Source: Escherichia coli (GTDB lineage Bacteria > Pseudomonadota > Gammaproteobacteria > Enterobacterales > Enterobacteriaceae). Taken from it: DNA of 64,000 bases. This document shows, in pieces, positions 39,334 to 51,478 of this stretch. Location: assembly GCF_013315695.1 (NCBI RefSeq), contig NZ_CP054353.1; one strand, given 5' to 3'. Numbering within the stretch: the stretch's first letter is position 1; each line of letters starts with the position of its first letter. Under the pieces are notes generated by a model. It made no database searches. It was not told the DNA's origin and saw only the letters and a program-made list of their open reading frames with translations. A program made the translations under genes and the position numbers.

Positions 39334-39846
39334 TCAGCCAAGTCCCAGCATGGAGCGGGTGCGATCAGGCAGCACATCCTTGCCATCAACGCGCCAGATG
39401 AAGTTCAGCACGTCGATTTCAATAACATCGCTGTTATCAACGCTGAGCTTGTACCAGGTGCATTTCATCGCGTAGGTGTGTTCGGTATCTTCACCCTGTT
39501 TGGCCTCGCCCTTGTCGATTTCGACAATGCGACCACGGGCTTCAATATCGACGTACTCAATCCCTTCTTCGGAATAGTATTCACCCGAGAAGCGCACGCG
39601 TACCGCATCAATGCCAGCGGCATATTTGGCAAAGATGTGACGATCCATACCGCCAACCGCAAAGGAGAGATCCAGCGCACCATCATCAAGACCGAGATCC
39701 ACCGCCGCAGAGCCTGGCATACCCGCACCACGATATGCTTCCGTCTTGCGGGTCAGTTTCGGTGGGGTGAAGGAGGTCACCTTACCCAGTTTGTTGTCAC
39801 CGTCCACAAAGACGGTAAACACACGAAGTTTTTTTGGTACGGCCAT
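39334..39846 (-). CDS. tail tube protein, P2 gpFII-like
   Basis: 170 aa directly after the sheath gene. Confidence 0.82.
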   Translation of the reverse strand: MAVPKKLRVFTVFVDGDNKLGKVTSFTPPKLTRKTEAYRGAGMPGSAAVDLGLDDGALDLSFAVGGMDRHIFAKYAAGIDAVRVRFSGEYYSEEGIEYVDIEARGRIVEIDKGEAKQGEDTEHTYAMKCTWYKLSVDNSDVIEIDVLNFIWRVDGKDVLPDRTRSMLGLG

Positions 39847-41039
39847 CAGCTACCTCCCAGAGATGCAAAAGCAGAGCCAAAGAACTCGTCGGTAAACGTC
39901 TGATAGAGTTCCATGCATTCCATCGGTGGTACGGGCGTGTATTTGTAGCGAATGCGCACAATGCCCTGACGAAGACTGGTCGTGTTGTTGTCGACAATAT
40001 CGAACCAGCATTCCGCCCCAATGAGTTTTCCGGCCGTGACCAGGGAATCCAGTTTCGCCTTGATGGCACTTACTGCATCTTTCGCATTGGAAGGTGTCAG
40101 AGGCGAATCCACCACCTGAAGCTGCGCCTCTGCGATACTGTCAGCCAGTTGTTGCGCCGTGCGGGTGTACACCTCAAAGATATACTCCGCTGTTTCCGGC
40201 GTACGGTTCCCCCAGAAACGGAAGGAGCCGTCACCCTGGTGAATAATCGTGGTCACCTCACTGCTGTTCAGCGTGTTGGCATCGCTGTTTTCATCCTGAA
40301 GCGACCAGGAAACCGACGCAGAGATCCCGAGAACATTCTTCACAGGGATGTTTGAAAGAGAGCGATGCCAGCCCTGTTCGTGGTCGATTCGGGCACGAAG
40401 ACCGCACGCATACGCCGCAGCCGGGAAAGTTTCACTTTTACCGGACACGGGGTTGAACGCCGTGAAATCAGGCCACAGGAGCATGATTTCACGCCCGGAA
40501 ATCTTTTTGCGGAATGCAATGGCATCGGACGGTTTTGTGCATGCCGGACAGCCGGAATACGCAAAAGCTCGCATTTTGCCCGCAATCGTCACCAGTGCCG
40601 CCGTAACGGCATCGGACTCAAGACCGGGCGCTGCCAGGATACGCGGACGACAGCCAATCCCCTCCATCTGTTCAGCGACCAGAAGGGCCTGCATCCCCGT
40701 GTAACTGCCATCAGACTCCACAGTACCAATAACAAGCTGGTCCTGTGTCTTCTGGTCTTCCGCCTCCTTCGCTTCGGCAACACGCACGACGATAACGCGC
40801 GTGCTGACCTGATCGGAGATAGCCTTAAGGGATTTGTAGAGCGTCCCCTTTGTGCCAGCCTTACCCAGAACATTATTGACTCGTGTTAACAGCACCGGCG
40901 TGTCAAGCGGGAACTGCTCTTCGTCAGCATCATCTGCAACAGCAATAAGCCCAATGACGCTGGAATCAACGTCATTAATTGCCGTCACCAGATCGGTGTT
41001 TTCCCTGACGCGCACACCGTGAAATCGTGTTTCAGCCAT
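39846..41039 (-). CDS. tail sheath protein, P2 gpFI-like
   Basis: 397 aa; similarity to recalled P2 FI (WPDF, GLRARIDHEQGWH, FRFWGNRT, YTRTAQ). Confidence 0.88.
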   Translation of the reverse strand: MAETRFHGVRVRENTDLVTAINDVDSSVIGLIAVADDADEEQFPLDTPVLLTRVNNVLGKAGTKGTLYKSLKAISDQVSTRVIVVRVAEAKEAEDQKTQDQLVIGTVESDGSYTGMQALLVAEQMEGIGCRPRILAAPGLESDAVTAALVTIAGKMRAFAYSGCPACTKPSDAIAFRKKISGREIMLLWPDFTAFNPVSGKSETFPAAAYACGLRARIDHEQGWHRSLSNIPVKNVLGISASVSWSLQDENSDANTLNSSEVTTIIHQGDGSFRFWGNRTPETAEYIFEVYTRTAQQLADSIAEAQLQVVDSPLTPSNAKDAVSAIKAKLDSLVTAGKLIGAECWFDIVDNNTTSLRQGIVRIRYKYTPVPPMECMELYQTFTDEFFGSAFASLGGS

Positions 41040-41114
41040 ACGATTCACCATCAGTTGTGTTTATGTTCGCCGGAATCATCCATGACTGGCGCGCAGATCT
41101 CACGCGTTGGGGGG

Positions 41115-41132
41115 TGTGAGGGGGTTCTTACA
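41115..41132. promoter_or_regulatory. Ogr-type late promoter element TGT-N12-ACA (tgtgagggggttcttaca)
   Basis: Dyad between divergent FI and D; shares GTTCTTACAAC with 20888-20905. Confidence 0.6.
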
Positions 41133-41191
41133 ACAGAACCGAACGGAAACGACCGGAACTGCGTGGGATGATACGTATACGGGAGGGCTGC

Positions 41192-42337
41192 ATGAACATC
41201 ACTGAATCACTGACACTTCACATCAACAGTGCACTGGATACCGCAGAAGACACAGTGCGGGTACCGGATTTCAGTATCACACTGGAAGGGCGGGATGCCA
41301 GCCTGAAAAACATCACGCAGCGCATCATGCGTCTCACCATGACAGACAACAGGGGATTTGAGGCCGACAGGGTGACACTGGAAATCGACGACGCTGACGG
41401 TGAGGTGGTTCTTCCGGAACGCGGCACCCGATTATCGCTGACCATGGGATGGAAAGGGGGAAGCCTGACAAACAAAGGGACGTTTGTTGTGGATGAAGTG
41501 GCGCACGACGGACCACCGGATAAGCTCACCATCTCCGCGAACAGCGCGGATTTTCGCGAAGAGTTTAACGTGAAACGCGAAGTCTCCTGGCATGACGTGA
41601 CGGTGGAGCGCGTGGTGTCTGCCATTGCCCACCGTTACGGACTGAAGGCACAAATCAGCGAGATGTTGATGGATATTGAAATCGACCATGCAGACCAGAC
41701 AGAGGAAAGTGATATGTCATTCCTCACTCGCATGGCCGACATGCTGGGTGCAATAGCCACCGTAAAAAACGGGTGTCTGCTGTTCATTCTGCCGGGAGGC
41801 GGCGTCACCGCCAGCGGTCGCGCCCTCCCCTCATTCGCCCTGACCCGCTCTGACGGAGACGGCCACCGCTTTCGCATTGCTGACAGAAACGCCTATACCG
41901 GAGTGAAGGCCCACTGGCTGGATTTAAAGTTCGGTCAGAAGAAGGCCGTGAACGTGAAAAAGCGAAACGCGCAAACCACGAAGAAGCCGGAGAAAAGCAG
42001 TGCGCGGGAAGGTGGTTACATGGAAGGCGCAGAGGGTAACGTGTATGTACTGAGAAAAACCTACCCGAACGAAGAAGCCGCGCGTCGTGCAGCTGCCGCA
42101 CGCTGGCAGCAACTTCAGCGGGGCGCAGCGGAATTCAGTATCACGCTGGCGCGCGGACGTGCTGACCTGTATCCGGAGATGCACGGCACGGTATCCGGAT
42201 TCAAGAGCGACATTGACAACCAGGACTGGATTATTTCGCGCATTGAGCACGTCATCGACGACAGCGGCTTCACCACCAGACTGGAGCTGGAAGCAAAAAT
42301 CGCAGACTGGATAGCAGAGAGTAACACGACTGGCTAG
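41192..42337 (+). CDS. tail protein / late control gene D, P2 gpD-like
   Basis: 381 aa from ATG with GGGAGGG RBS; adjacent to ogr. Confidence 0.82.
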   Translation: MNITESLTLHINSALDTAEDTVRVPDFSITLEGRDASLKNITQRIMRLTMTDNRGFEADRVTLEIDDADGEVVLPERGTRLSLTMGWKGGSLTNKGTFVVDEVAHDGPPDKLTISANSADFREEFNVKREVSWHDVTVERVVSAIAHRYGLKAQISEMLMDIEIDHADQTEESDMSFLTRMADMLGAIATVKNGCLLFILPGGGVTASGRALPSFALTRSDGDGHRFRIADRNAYTGVKAHWLDLKFGQKKAVNVKKRNAQTTKKPEKSSAREGGYMEGAEGNVYVLRKTYPNEEAARRAAAARWQQLQRGAAEFSITLARGRADLYPEMHGTVSGFKSDIDNQDWIISRIEHVIDDSGFTTRLELEAKIADWIAESNTTG

Positions 42338-42378
42338 AATGAGCGCGAGCCCACCCCGTTTCAGCCAGGGGGACCATC

Positions 42379-42681
42379 ATGCATCCTTGCCCATACTGCG
42401 GAGCAAGCACCCGCACCAGAACAAGCCGCAACGCCAACGACACAGGAACAATCAGGGAGAAATACTATCAGTGCAACAACATTGAATGCAGCGCAACCTT
42501 TGTGACGCACGAGTTTGTCGTGAGAACCGTATGCCGTCCGCAACCCACCGAAGAACGGGGAATCATCCCCACAGACGCTTTCAAATCATGCCACCGGGGA
42601 AGGGAACAACTCAGCCTCCCCCTGGGCGATTGCTCCTCCCAGTCAAAAACTGTACATTACGCGCGGGTGCCTTTCGGCTGA
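42379..42681 (+). CDS. ogr: late transcription activator Ogr (zinc finger)
   Basis: MHPCPYCGAS...YYQCNNIECSATF: CxxC-N22-CxxxxC motif; N-terminal 70 aa resemble P2 Ogr as recalled. Confidence 0.8.
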   Translation: MHPCPYCGASTRTRTSRNANDTGTIREKYYQCNNIECSATFVTHEFVVRTVCRPQPTEERGIIPTDAFKSCHRGREQLSLPLGDCSSQSKTVHYARVPFG

Positions 42682-42812
42682 CGGCTGGAAGGATTACCTG
42701 AAGGCCGGATGTGGAAAGGCCCCGAGTCAAACATATTGTTTAACCCGAGGCCCTAACCATCCAACCGTGACAAGTGGAAGGTTAGCGCCTCTTTGAAAAA
42801 GGAGCAAGCGCT

Positions 42813-42953
42813 ATGCCGCAAAAAACGATCATCGTGAGCATTTTATGCTTAACCATGTTGTTGACCGTCTGGATGATACACCGTTCGCCGTGTGAATTCA
42901 GACTTAACATCATGTGGTCAGAATTTGCGGCGTTCTTGCAGTGTAAACCGTAA
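42813..42953 (+). CDS. Hok/Gef-family type I toxin peptide, HokA-like (46 aa)
   Basis: Below ORF-track cutoff; AAGGAG RBS; MPQKTIIVSILCLTMLLTVWMIHRSPCEFRLNIMWSEFAAFLQCKP resembles E. coli HokA as recalled (MPQK..., WMI, LCE, AAFL.CK). Confidence 0.65.
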   Translation: MPQKTIIVSILCLTMLLTVWMIHRSPCEFRLNIMWSEFAAFLQCKP

Positions 42954-42962
42954 GAAACCGCA

Positions 42963-42995
42963 GCGGGGGTGAAAGCCCCCGCTATCCGGTTGTTA
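42963..42995 (+). terminator. hairpin after the hok-like gene (gcggggg-tgaaa-gcccccgc)
   Basis: 7-bp GC stem 10 bp after the stop. Confidence 0.5.
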
Positions 42996-43047
42996 AAGGT
43001 TCAGTCGAAAGTCGCACCCTTGCATGCAAGTCACAAAGAAAAAACAA

Positions 43048-43080
43048 AGCCCGTAGCGTAAAAACTGCGGGCTTTTTTGT
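43048..43080. terminator. bidirectional terminator hairpin (agcccg...cgggct with flanking A/T runs)
   Basis: Stem-loop with T6 downstream and A-run upstream. Confidence 0.55.
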
Positions 43081-43149
43081 TTCAAAGATGGACGTTATAT
43101 GGACACCTGAAAATAAATTCCTTTTATTTTCAATTAATTAACATAATGC

Positions 43150-43165
43150 AAAAAGCGCCCGCAGG
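43150..43165. repeat. attR core: 16-bp direct repeat aaaaagcgcccgcagg, part of the serS terminator hairpin
   Basis: Identical to 4323-4338; continues as gcgcccgcaggcgc hairpin plus T-run on the serS strand. Confidence 0.65.
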
Positions 43166-43193
43166 CGCTTTTTAGATTCAGAAAAATTGGGTA

Positions 43194-44507
<1,314 letters not shown>

Positions 44508-44576
44508 TTAAATGGGAGATGTGGCCACAGCCTGCGACCACAGGGATACAGTAACAACATTACCGCAACGATAACA

Positions 44577-45920
44577 TTAACGGTAGCGTTTTATGGGGCT
44601 ATTTTGATCCTGTTCAGCCAGCCAGGCGAGCTTTTCGCCAATCTTGCCTTCAAGGCCCCTGTTTGTCGGGAAATAATAGCGTGTTTGTGCTATTTCCGGC
44701 GGGAAATAAACCTCACCGGCAGCATAAGCGTTTGCTTCATCATGAGCGTAACGATATTCCTGCCCGTAGCCCATTTCCTTCATTAATTTCGTCGGCGCAT
44801 TACGCAAATGAACCGGCACGTCATAATCCGGACGTTCGCGAGCATCGGCCAGCGCGGCTTTAAACGCGGTGTAGACAGCGTTGCTTTTTGGCGCGCAGGC
44901 GAGGTAAACAATCGCCTGAGCAATGGCGCGTTCACCTTCCGCCGGGCCAACGCGAGTAAAGCAATCCCAGGCCGCAATTGCCACCTGCATCGCTCGTGGA
45001 TCAGCATTACCCACATCTTCCGACGCTATCGCCAGACAGCGACGCGCGACATATAACGGATCGCCTCCGGCAGTAATAATTCGCGCATACCAGTACAGCG
45101 CCGCATCGGGTGCGCTACCACGTACCGACTTATGCAGTGCGGAAATGAGATCGTAAAAGCGATCGCCTTTGTTATCAAAGCGGGCGCTACGTTCACCGGC
45201 GATTTCGGTCAGTAATTCAGGTTTCAGGACCCGCTTACCGCTATCATCGACTTCGGCCATATCCGCCATCATTTCCAGCGTATTTAACGCCCGGCGCGCG
45301 TCGCCATTCACCAGTTCAGCAATGGCGCGTCGTGTTTCATCTGGCAGAACAATATCCTGACCACCATAGCCACGGGTCTTGTCTTCCATCGCCTGAGTTA
45401 GTACTTGCTCAATATCCTTTGTACTGAGGGATTTCAGCAGATAGACACGGGCACGGGAAAGCAGTGCCGAATTAAGCTCAAATGACGGGTTTTCAGTGGT
45501 TGCGCCAATAAAAGTGATGGTGCCGTCTTCAATATGTGGCAGAAATGCATCCTGCTGGCTTTTGTTGAAACGGTGAACTTCGTCAACAAAAAGAATAGTG
45601 CGGCGACCTGCATTGCGGTTTTGCCGAGCGCGCTCAATCGCCTCGCGAATCTCTTTCACGCCAGAGGTGACAGCAGAAATACGTTCCACATCAGCGTTCG
45701 CATAGCGGGCAATCACTTCAGCGAGGGTTGTTTTGCCGGTACCCGGTGGCCCCCAGAGGATCATAGAATGCAAATGCCCGGCTTCGATAGCGCGCGGCAA
45801 CGGCTTCCCCGCAGCCAGCAAATGTTGCTGGCCGATATACTGTGCTAAATTTTCTGGCCGCATACGCGCGGCCAGAGGTTGAAAAGTATTATCCGAAAAA
45901 TCGAGCGACAGATTGCTCAC
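44577..45920 (-). CDS. rarA: replication-associated recombination protein A (AAA+ ATPase)
   Basis: 447 aa, Walker [10 protein letters not shown]; position between serS and lolA. Confidence 0.93.
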   Translation of the reverse strand: MSNLSLDFSDNTFQPLAARMRPENLAQYIGQQHLLAAGKPLPRAIEAGHLHSMILWGPPGTGKTTLAEVIARYANADVERISAVTSGVKEIREAIERARQNRNAGRRTILFVDEVHRFNKSQQDAFLPHIEDGTITFIGATTENPSFELNSALLSRARVYLLKSLSTKDIEQVLTQAMEDKTRGYGGQDIVLPDETRRAIAELVNGDARRALNTLEMMADMAEVDDSGKRVLKPELLTEIAGERSARFDNKGDRFYDLISALHKSVRGSAPDAALYWYARIITAGGDPLYVARRCLAIASEDVGNADPRAMQVAIAAWDCFTRVGPAEGERAIAQAIVYLACAPKSNAVYTAFKAALADARERPDYDVPVHLRNAPTKLMKEMGYGQEYRYAHDEANAYAAGEVYFPPEIAQTRYYFPTNRGLEGKIGEKLAWLAEQDQNSPIKRYR

Positions 45921-45930
45921 TCAGGTGCCT

Positions 45931-46542
45931 CTACTTACGTTGATCATCTACCGTGACGCCTTGCGGCGGGGTGAAGGTAAATTTCGCTGCATCCACAGCC
46001 CCATTTTGCTGGGATTTCAGCTGATAACTGCTGCGCTGATCGTCCTGCTCCACCGCGCTAAACTGATGGATTGTGCCATCACGTCCCACGTTAATGGTGA
46101 ACTGCTTCAGATTGCCATTGCTGGCTTTCGGCGTCAGGACAAAGTCATCGCCATTCTGTTTGATATTGTACTGCTGCCAGTCGCTGGACTGGTTGCGGGC
46201 AATCAGCATAAACGGCGTATTACCGGTGGCATCTTTCAGCCAGGTTGCCGTAGCTTGCTCAACGAACGGGTTATAGAACCACAGTGTTTTACCGTCAGAA
46301 ACCAGAATGCTTTCGTCAGGTTGAGTCATATGCCAGTTGAATAAGTTTGGACGTTTCACCCACAGATCGCCCTGACCTTCCTGCACCGCCGCGCCGCTAC
46401 CGTCAGTCACTTTTTGTGTGAAGCTGGCGTGGAAGCTGCTGACTTTATCCAGGCGGCTTTTCAGATCGCTTGCGGCATCAGCCCAAACGCTGCTTGCTAC
46501 TAAGCTTGAGAGTAATGCACAGGTGATAGCAATTTTTTTCAT
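45931..46542 (-). CDS. lolA: outer-membrane lipoprotein carrier protein LolA
   Basis: 203 aa with signal peptide [21 protein letters not shown]. Confidence 0.93.
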
Positions 46543-46700
46543 CATTATTCCTCAAATTACGTCACTCCCGACCGGGAGCTCCCTCTACTCTCTATTCCAG
46601 GCTAATAATCAGCTTGAGGAAAGAAGAAAATACTGAATTTTCAGTTGATAGAGTGCCGGATGCGACGCTACCGCGCCTTTTCCGGCATACGATGCATTAA

Positions 46701-49700
46701 TTAGTCAAACGGCGGTGGGGCCAGCACTTCACGATTACCGTTGTGCCCCTGTTCGCTGACAATCCCCTGCGCTTCCATCTGTTCGATAATACGCGCTGCA
46801 CGGTTATAACCAATGCGGAACTGACGCTGTACGCCAGAAATTGATGCTTTGCGTTTTTCAGTGACAAACTGCACCGCCTGATCGAACAACGGATCCAGTT
46901 CTTCAGCGCCATCGAAACCGCCCGCGCCACCTTCGCTTTCACTGTCGGAGGTGATGCCATCAACATACTGTGGGCGGCCACGCGCTTTCCAGTCCTGCAC
47001 CACGGCATGAACTTCCTGATCGCGAACAAAAGCACCATGAACACGTACCGGCAACGTGGAGTTCGGCCCAGAGTAAAGCATATCCCCCATACCCAGCAGT
47101 GATTCCGCGCCAGCCTGATCAAGAATGGTACGTGAGTCAATCTTACTGGATACGGTAAAGGCGATACGGGTCGGAATATTCGCTTTAATCAGACCAGTAA
47201 TAACATCAACCGATGGACGCTGCGTTGCCAGTACGAGGTGGATACCCGCGGCACGGGCTTTTTGCGCCAGACGTGCTATCAGCTCTTCCACTTTTTTACC
47301 TACCGTCATCATCAGGTCGGCAAATTCGTCCACCAACACCACAATGTACGGTTCTTTTTTCAGCACCGGATGCTGGGCATCCATACTGTCACCCGGCTTC
47401 CAGTACGGGTCTGGAATCGGACGCATCATCCTATCGGCTTCAGCAATTTTTTCGTTATAACCCGCCAGATTACGCACACCCAGCGCAGACATCAGTTTAT
47501 AACGACGCTCCATCTCGTTAACACACCAGCGCAGCGCGTTGGCGGCATCTTTCATATCAGTAACGACTTCCGTTAACAGATGCGGAATGCCTTCATAAAC
47601 CGAAAGCTCCAGCATTTTCGGGTCGATCATGATGAAACGAACATCTTCTGGCTGTGCTTTATAAAGCATGCTCAGGATCATCGCGTTCACACCGACAGAC
47701 TTACCGGAACCGGTAGTCCCCGCAACCAACAAGTGCGGCATTTTTGCCAGATCGGCAACCACCGGCTCACCGGCGATATCTTTACCCAGCACCACGGTTA
47801 ATGGCGACGGATTATCGCGGAATTTGGCGTTATCCAAAACTTCGCGCAGATAAACGGTTTGTCGTTTTTTATTCGGTAACTCCAGACCTACATAGGGTTT
47901 GCCAGGAATAACTTCAACGACACGCACCGCCACCGTCGAAAGTGAACGGGCAAGGTCCCGTGACAAGTTAGAAATGCGCGCCGCTTTTACGCCAGGTGCC
48001 AGGTTAAGTTCAAAGCGAGTGATAACTGGCCCCGGAGAGTAATTGACGACATCGGCTTTAATACGGAAATCAGCCAGACGCGCTTCCACCAGACGCGCCA
48101 TTTGTTCAAGCGCAAAGGTATCTACCGGCTCCACTTCGCTCGGCGGAGGTGTCAACAAATCCAGAGAAGGCAGCGGCGTCGTCGGTTTATGCAACGGACG
48201 GCTGTCGCCATTACGCATCAACAGCGGATGAAGCAGGGTATCCTGCGGCTGTGGCGCAACTGGCTGTTGTGGCTGCTGATACTGCGGCTGCGGCGCAACT
48301 GGCTGTTGTGGCTGCTGATATTGCTGCTGCGGCGCAACCGGTTGTTGTGGCTGCTGATACTGCGGCTGCGGCGCAACTGGCTGTTGCGGCTGCTGATATT
48401 GCGGCTGTGGTGCAACCGGCTGTTGCGGCTGCTGATATTGCTGCTGCGGTGCAACCGGCTGTTGCGGCTGCTGATATTGCTGCTGCGGTGCAACCGGCTG
48501 TTGCGGCTGCTGATACTGCGGCTGCGGCGCAACTGGTTGCTGCGGCTGCTGATACTGTTGCTGCGGTGCAATCGGTTGTTGCGGCTGCTGTACAGGTTCA
48601 ACAATTGGCGTAAACAGCGGTTCGTGTGGACCATCATCCAGCAATGCTTTCATTGGCGAAAATTCAAAATCATCCAGAGTGAACGGATTCGCCCCAGCCG
48701 GTTGTTCGCCGGAATAACGTTGTTGTTGAGTTTGAGCAAACTGACGAGCCAGTTCAGCCTCTGCCGCAGCATCTGCATCTTCTGCGTTCACGGGCACATC
48801 ATGTTGATACTGTTCGCCGTAGCGTTGCTGCTGTGTCTGGGCGAATTGACGCGCCAGTTCATCCTGCTGCATCGCATCGATTTCATCATCGTTATACTGA
48901 TCGCCAGAATCATACTGATTGCGCTGGGCTTCACGGGCTTTTTCTTCTGCCGCACGCTGTGAGGGCAGCTTAATACCGTAAGACGCCAGTTCACGACGAG
49001 TTGGCACGCGGATGCGTTTCGGTCGTGGCAACTGGGGGCCAATCCCCTCTTTGACCTGTGGACGCGGTCCACCGCTATTTGCCAGACTGAAGACTGGCGC
49101 GGCAACGGTTGCGGCAGCCCCCGTCGCCAGTGTCGCTTTTTTCACGCCAGATGCCAGCGGAGAAACGGCGGCAGCGGCTTCCACTGGAGGTACTGCTGCA
49201 ACAGAAGGTGCTTTTAGCGAAGATTTGATCGGTTCTGGTTCTTTAACAGGTTCTGGAATCGGTTGATACCAGGCCGCAAGTTGTTCACGTTCACGGGCAC
49301 GCTTCTCTTCCACTTCTTCAAAATAGTAAAGCGGCGGACGCGCGGGTTTTGTCTCTTCTACAACGGGTTCAGGCTCCACAACAGGCTGCTGTTCAACGGG
49401 TTGCGGCTGTTGGTACAACGGCTCCTGAGCGGCTGGCTGCTGATAAGTTTGCTCCGTCTGGTATGTAGACTGTGGAGCAAAAGTGGATTGCTGCTCTTCG
49501 GCTTGCCAGGCGTTACCTGCCACCGATTGTTCTGGCGCAGGGGCGTAATACGGCTGTTGCGCAGACTGTTCCGGCGCAGGAGCGTAGTAAGGTTGTTGCG
49601 CAGATTGTTCAGCTGCAGGTGCATAATACGGCTGCTGTGGCTGTACTGGTTGTTGCAGCGGCTCATTATATTGCACTGCAGGCTGCGCATATTGTGGCTG

Positions 49701-50849
49701 CTGTGGGTAACCTTCCGGTGCAGGAGCAATAACCGGCTCTCCCGTTTGTGGCCCCGGTACAGGCTGCCAGGCTACTGTAGGTTGTGCAGGTGGAACATCA
49801 ACAGAGGCAACAGGCGGCGTCTGAGTCACAGGTTCAACCGGCGCAGCCCAGCTTTGTGTCGCCGTGGTAGCAGCAGCTGCTACAGCAACAGGTTCGGTAA
49901 TTGGCGCACCGTTTAATAATGGATCGTACTCGTCATATTCTGGCTGCGTTGCACGATTGCCCGAAAAGAGGACGTCGTCAGGGTCGGCAGCCACACCGCG
50001 TGCAGTGTAGGTAATCTCTTCGTCATCATCCATCCGCTTACCGGAGAACAACGCAGCGTCTGTTTGCCGCCCCATCGGATTAATGAATTTTTCCGCCAAC
50101 CGTTTACGACGCGCTAGCGCGCCGCGAAGAATACGGGCACGGCGTGATTCATGCTGTTTGCCGTGACTTTCATCTTCTTCATATTCTTCGTCGTCTTCAT
50201 ACTCATCTTCATCGACCCAGGTATCATCGCGACGGGTACGATTACTGGCGAAGGTAAGAATATTTAAAATCCAGCCGCCGAGTTTTTCAGCAATGGTCAC
50301 CCATGACCAACCGGTGAACAGCGTCAGGCCCGCTGCCCAAACGCAGAGCAGTGCAATAGTTCCCCCGCTACTGTGTAGCAGTGGTTGTAGCGTAGTGCTC
50401 AGTAAGCTGCCAATGACGCCACCGGAGGCAAAATACCAGATATCGTCAGCGTTGATTGCCGCCAGACCACAGGAGGTAAGGATGAGCGCCAAAACGCCAA
50501 TGATGCGTAGCGAAACGGCAAAATAATCAATGTATTCGTCGCTGGACTGATGACGCCAGGCAAACCAACAACCGCCGACAATAATGACGGGAATGGTGTA
50601 AGCCATCACGCCAAAAATAAAGAACAGCGTATCTGCCAGCCATGCACCGGGCATCCCACCTAAATTATGGATAGGTTCATGCCAGGCCGTTTGCGACCAG
50701 CTGGGGTCCGAAGGGTTAAAGCTTAGTAAGGCAGCCATCAACCAGACGGCAAACAGGACAATAAGGATCAGCAACGCCTCCAGAAGGCGGCGGCCGCTAC
50801 TTAACTTTGTCAATGTGACTTCTTTGTCTTCAGTGTATTCCTGGCTCAA
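46701..50849 (-). CDS. ftsK: DNA translocase FtsK
   Basis: 1382 aa; N-terminal membrane domain, Pro/Gln-rich linker, C-terminal motor with Walker A. Confidence 0.95.
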   Translation of the reverse strand: MSQEYTEDKEVTLTKLSSGRRLLEALLILIVLFAVWLMAALLSFNPSDPSWSQTAWHEPIHNLGGMPGAWLADTLFFIFGVMAYTIPVIIVGGCWFAWRHQSSDEYIDYFAVSLRIIGVLALILTSCGLAAINADDIWYFASGGVIGSLLSTTLQPLLHSSGGTIALLCVWAAGLTLFTGWSWVTIAEKLGGWILNILTFASNRTRRDDTWVDEDEYEDDEEYEEDESHGKQHESRRARILRGALARRKRLAEKFINPMGRQTDAALFSGKRMDDDEEITYTARGVAADPDDVLFSGNRATQPEYDEYDPLLNGAPITEPVAVAAAATTATQSWAAPVEPVTQTPPVASVDVPPAQPTVAWQPVPGPQTGEPVIAPAPEGYPQQPQYAQPAVQYNEPLQQPVQPQQPYYAPAAEQSAQQPYYAPAPEQSAQQPYYAPAPEQSVAGNAWQAEEQQSTFAPQSTYQTEQTYQQPAAQEPLYQQPQPVEQQPVVEPEPVVEETKPARPPLYYFEEVEEKRAREREQLAAWYQPIPEPVKEPEPIKSSLKAPSVAAVPPVEAAAAVSPLASGVKKATLATGAAATVAAPVFSLANSGGPRPQVKEGIGPQLPRPKRIRVPTRRELASYGIKLPSQRAAEEKAREAQRNQYDSGDQYNDDEIDAMQQDELARQFAQTQQQRYGEQYQHDVPVNAEDADAAAEAELARQFAQTQQQRYSGEQPAGANPFTLDDFEFSPMKALLDDGPHEPLFTPIVEPVQQPQQPIAPQQQYQQPQQPVAPQPQYQQPQQPVAPQQQYQQPQQPVAPQQQYQQPQQPVAPQPQYQQPQQPVAPQPQYQQPQQPVAPQQQYQQPQQPVAPQPQYQQPQQPVAPQPQDTLLHPLLMRNGDSRPLHKPTTPLPSLDLLTPPPSEVEPVDTFALEQMARLVEARLADFRIKADVVNYSPGPVITRFELNLAPGVKAARISNLSRDLARSLSTVAVRVVEVIPGKPYVGLELPNKKRQTVYLREVLDNAKFRDNPSPLTVVLGKDIAGEPVVADLAKMPHLLVAGTTGSGKSVGVNAMILSMLYKAQPEDVRFIMIDPKMLELSVYEGIPHLLTEVVTDMKDAANALRWCVNEMERRYKLMSALGVRNLAGYNEKIAEADRMMRPIPDPYWKPGDSMDAQHPVLKKEPYIVVLVDEFADLMMTVGKKVEELIARLAQKARAAGIHLVLATQRPSVDVITGLIKANIPTRIAFTVSSKIDSRTILDQAGAESLLGMGDMLYSGPNSTLPVRVHGAFVRDQEVHAVVQDWKARGRPQYVDGITSDSESEGGAGGFDGAEELDPLFDQAVQFVTEKRKASISGVQRQFRIGYNRAARIIEQMEAQGIVSEQGHNGNREVLAPPPFD
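48235..48600. repeat. in-frame tandem 33-bp repeats in the FtsK linker ([13 protein letters not shown] units, about 10 copies)
   Basis: Repeated CAGCCGCAACAGCCGGTTGCACC units visible in DNA and protein; locus is about 50 codons longer than the K-12 length I recall. Confidence 0.8.
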
Positions 50850-50927
50850 GAAAGGCTCTCCAGGTTACAGGCTTTTCCTGCCCGATGCTAAAACGGACAA
50901 CAGTACCAGGTTACCCCAGTACTGTTG

Positions 50928-50943
50928 CTGTATGGATTAACAG
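50928..50943. promoter_or_regulatory. LexA box (CTGT-N8-ACAG) upstream of ftsK
   Basis: ctgtatggattaacag about 80 bp upstream of the ftsK start; ftsK has an SOS-inducible promoter (established). Confidence 0.55.
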
Positions 50944-50983
50944 GAGTGTAATCAAAATACGCCGATTTTGCACCTGTTCCGTG

Positions 50984-51478
50984 TTAGCGCGTCTTAATAA
51001 CCAGACGATTACTCTGCTTGACTTCTTCCATAACAACGTATGTCCGTGTGTCATTGACGCCAGGCAGACGCAGCAGGGTTTCCCCCAGCAACTTACGGTA
51101 AGCTGACATATCCGGCACGCGTGTTTTCAACAGGTAGTCGAAATCACCGGACACTAAATGACACTCCTGAATTTCTTCAAGTTTTTGTACAGCGGTATTG
51201 AATTGTTCAAACACATCCGGTGCGCCACGATTCAGAGTAATCTCAACGAATACCAGAAGTGATGCATCCAGATAATGGGGGTTCAGCAGCGCCGTATAGC
51301 CCTGAATAAACCCTTGTCTTTCCAGCCGACGCACACGCTCAAGGCACGGCGTTGGGGAAAGTCCCACACGTTTAGAAAGCTCGACGTTAGAAATACGCCC
51401 ATCCTTTTGCAACTCATTAAGAATGTTACGATCGATACGGTCGAGATCTTTGCCAGGGCGCTTCTTGCTATCTACCAT
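50984..51478 (-). CDS. lrp: leucine-responsive regulatory protein Lrp
   Basis: 164 aa from MVDSKKRPGKDLDRIDRNILNELQKDGR; ORF-track frame is longer upstream. Confidence 0.95.
   Translation of the reverse strand: MVDSKKRPGKDLDRIDRNILNELQKDGRISNVELSKRVGLSPTPCLERVRRLERQGFIQGYTALLNPHYLDASLLVFVEITLNRGAPDVFEQFNTAVQKLEEIQECHLVSGDFDYLLKTRVPDMSAYRKLLGETLLRLPGVNDTRTYVVMEEVKQSNRLVIKTR

Larger units (their letters stand above)
4323..43165. mobile_element. P2-like (Peduovirus-type) prophage, ~38.8 kb, integrated between dmsA and the serS 3' end
   Basis: Integrase and C repressor at the left end, ogr at the right; full P2-order morphogenesis genes; flanking 16-bp direct repeats; serS and dmsA are adjacent in K-12. 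Confidence 0.9.

Noticed and set aside
48102-49916. Long plus-strand ORFs antisense to ftsK (286 aa, 154 aa, 217 aa)
   Set aside because: Products are pure repeat translations (LLRLLIL…, AAADTAAA…) generated by the ftsK linker repeats; ftsK on the other strand is the real gene.
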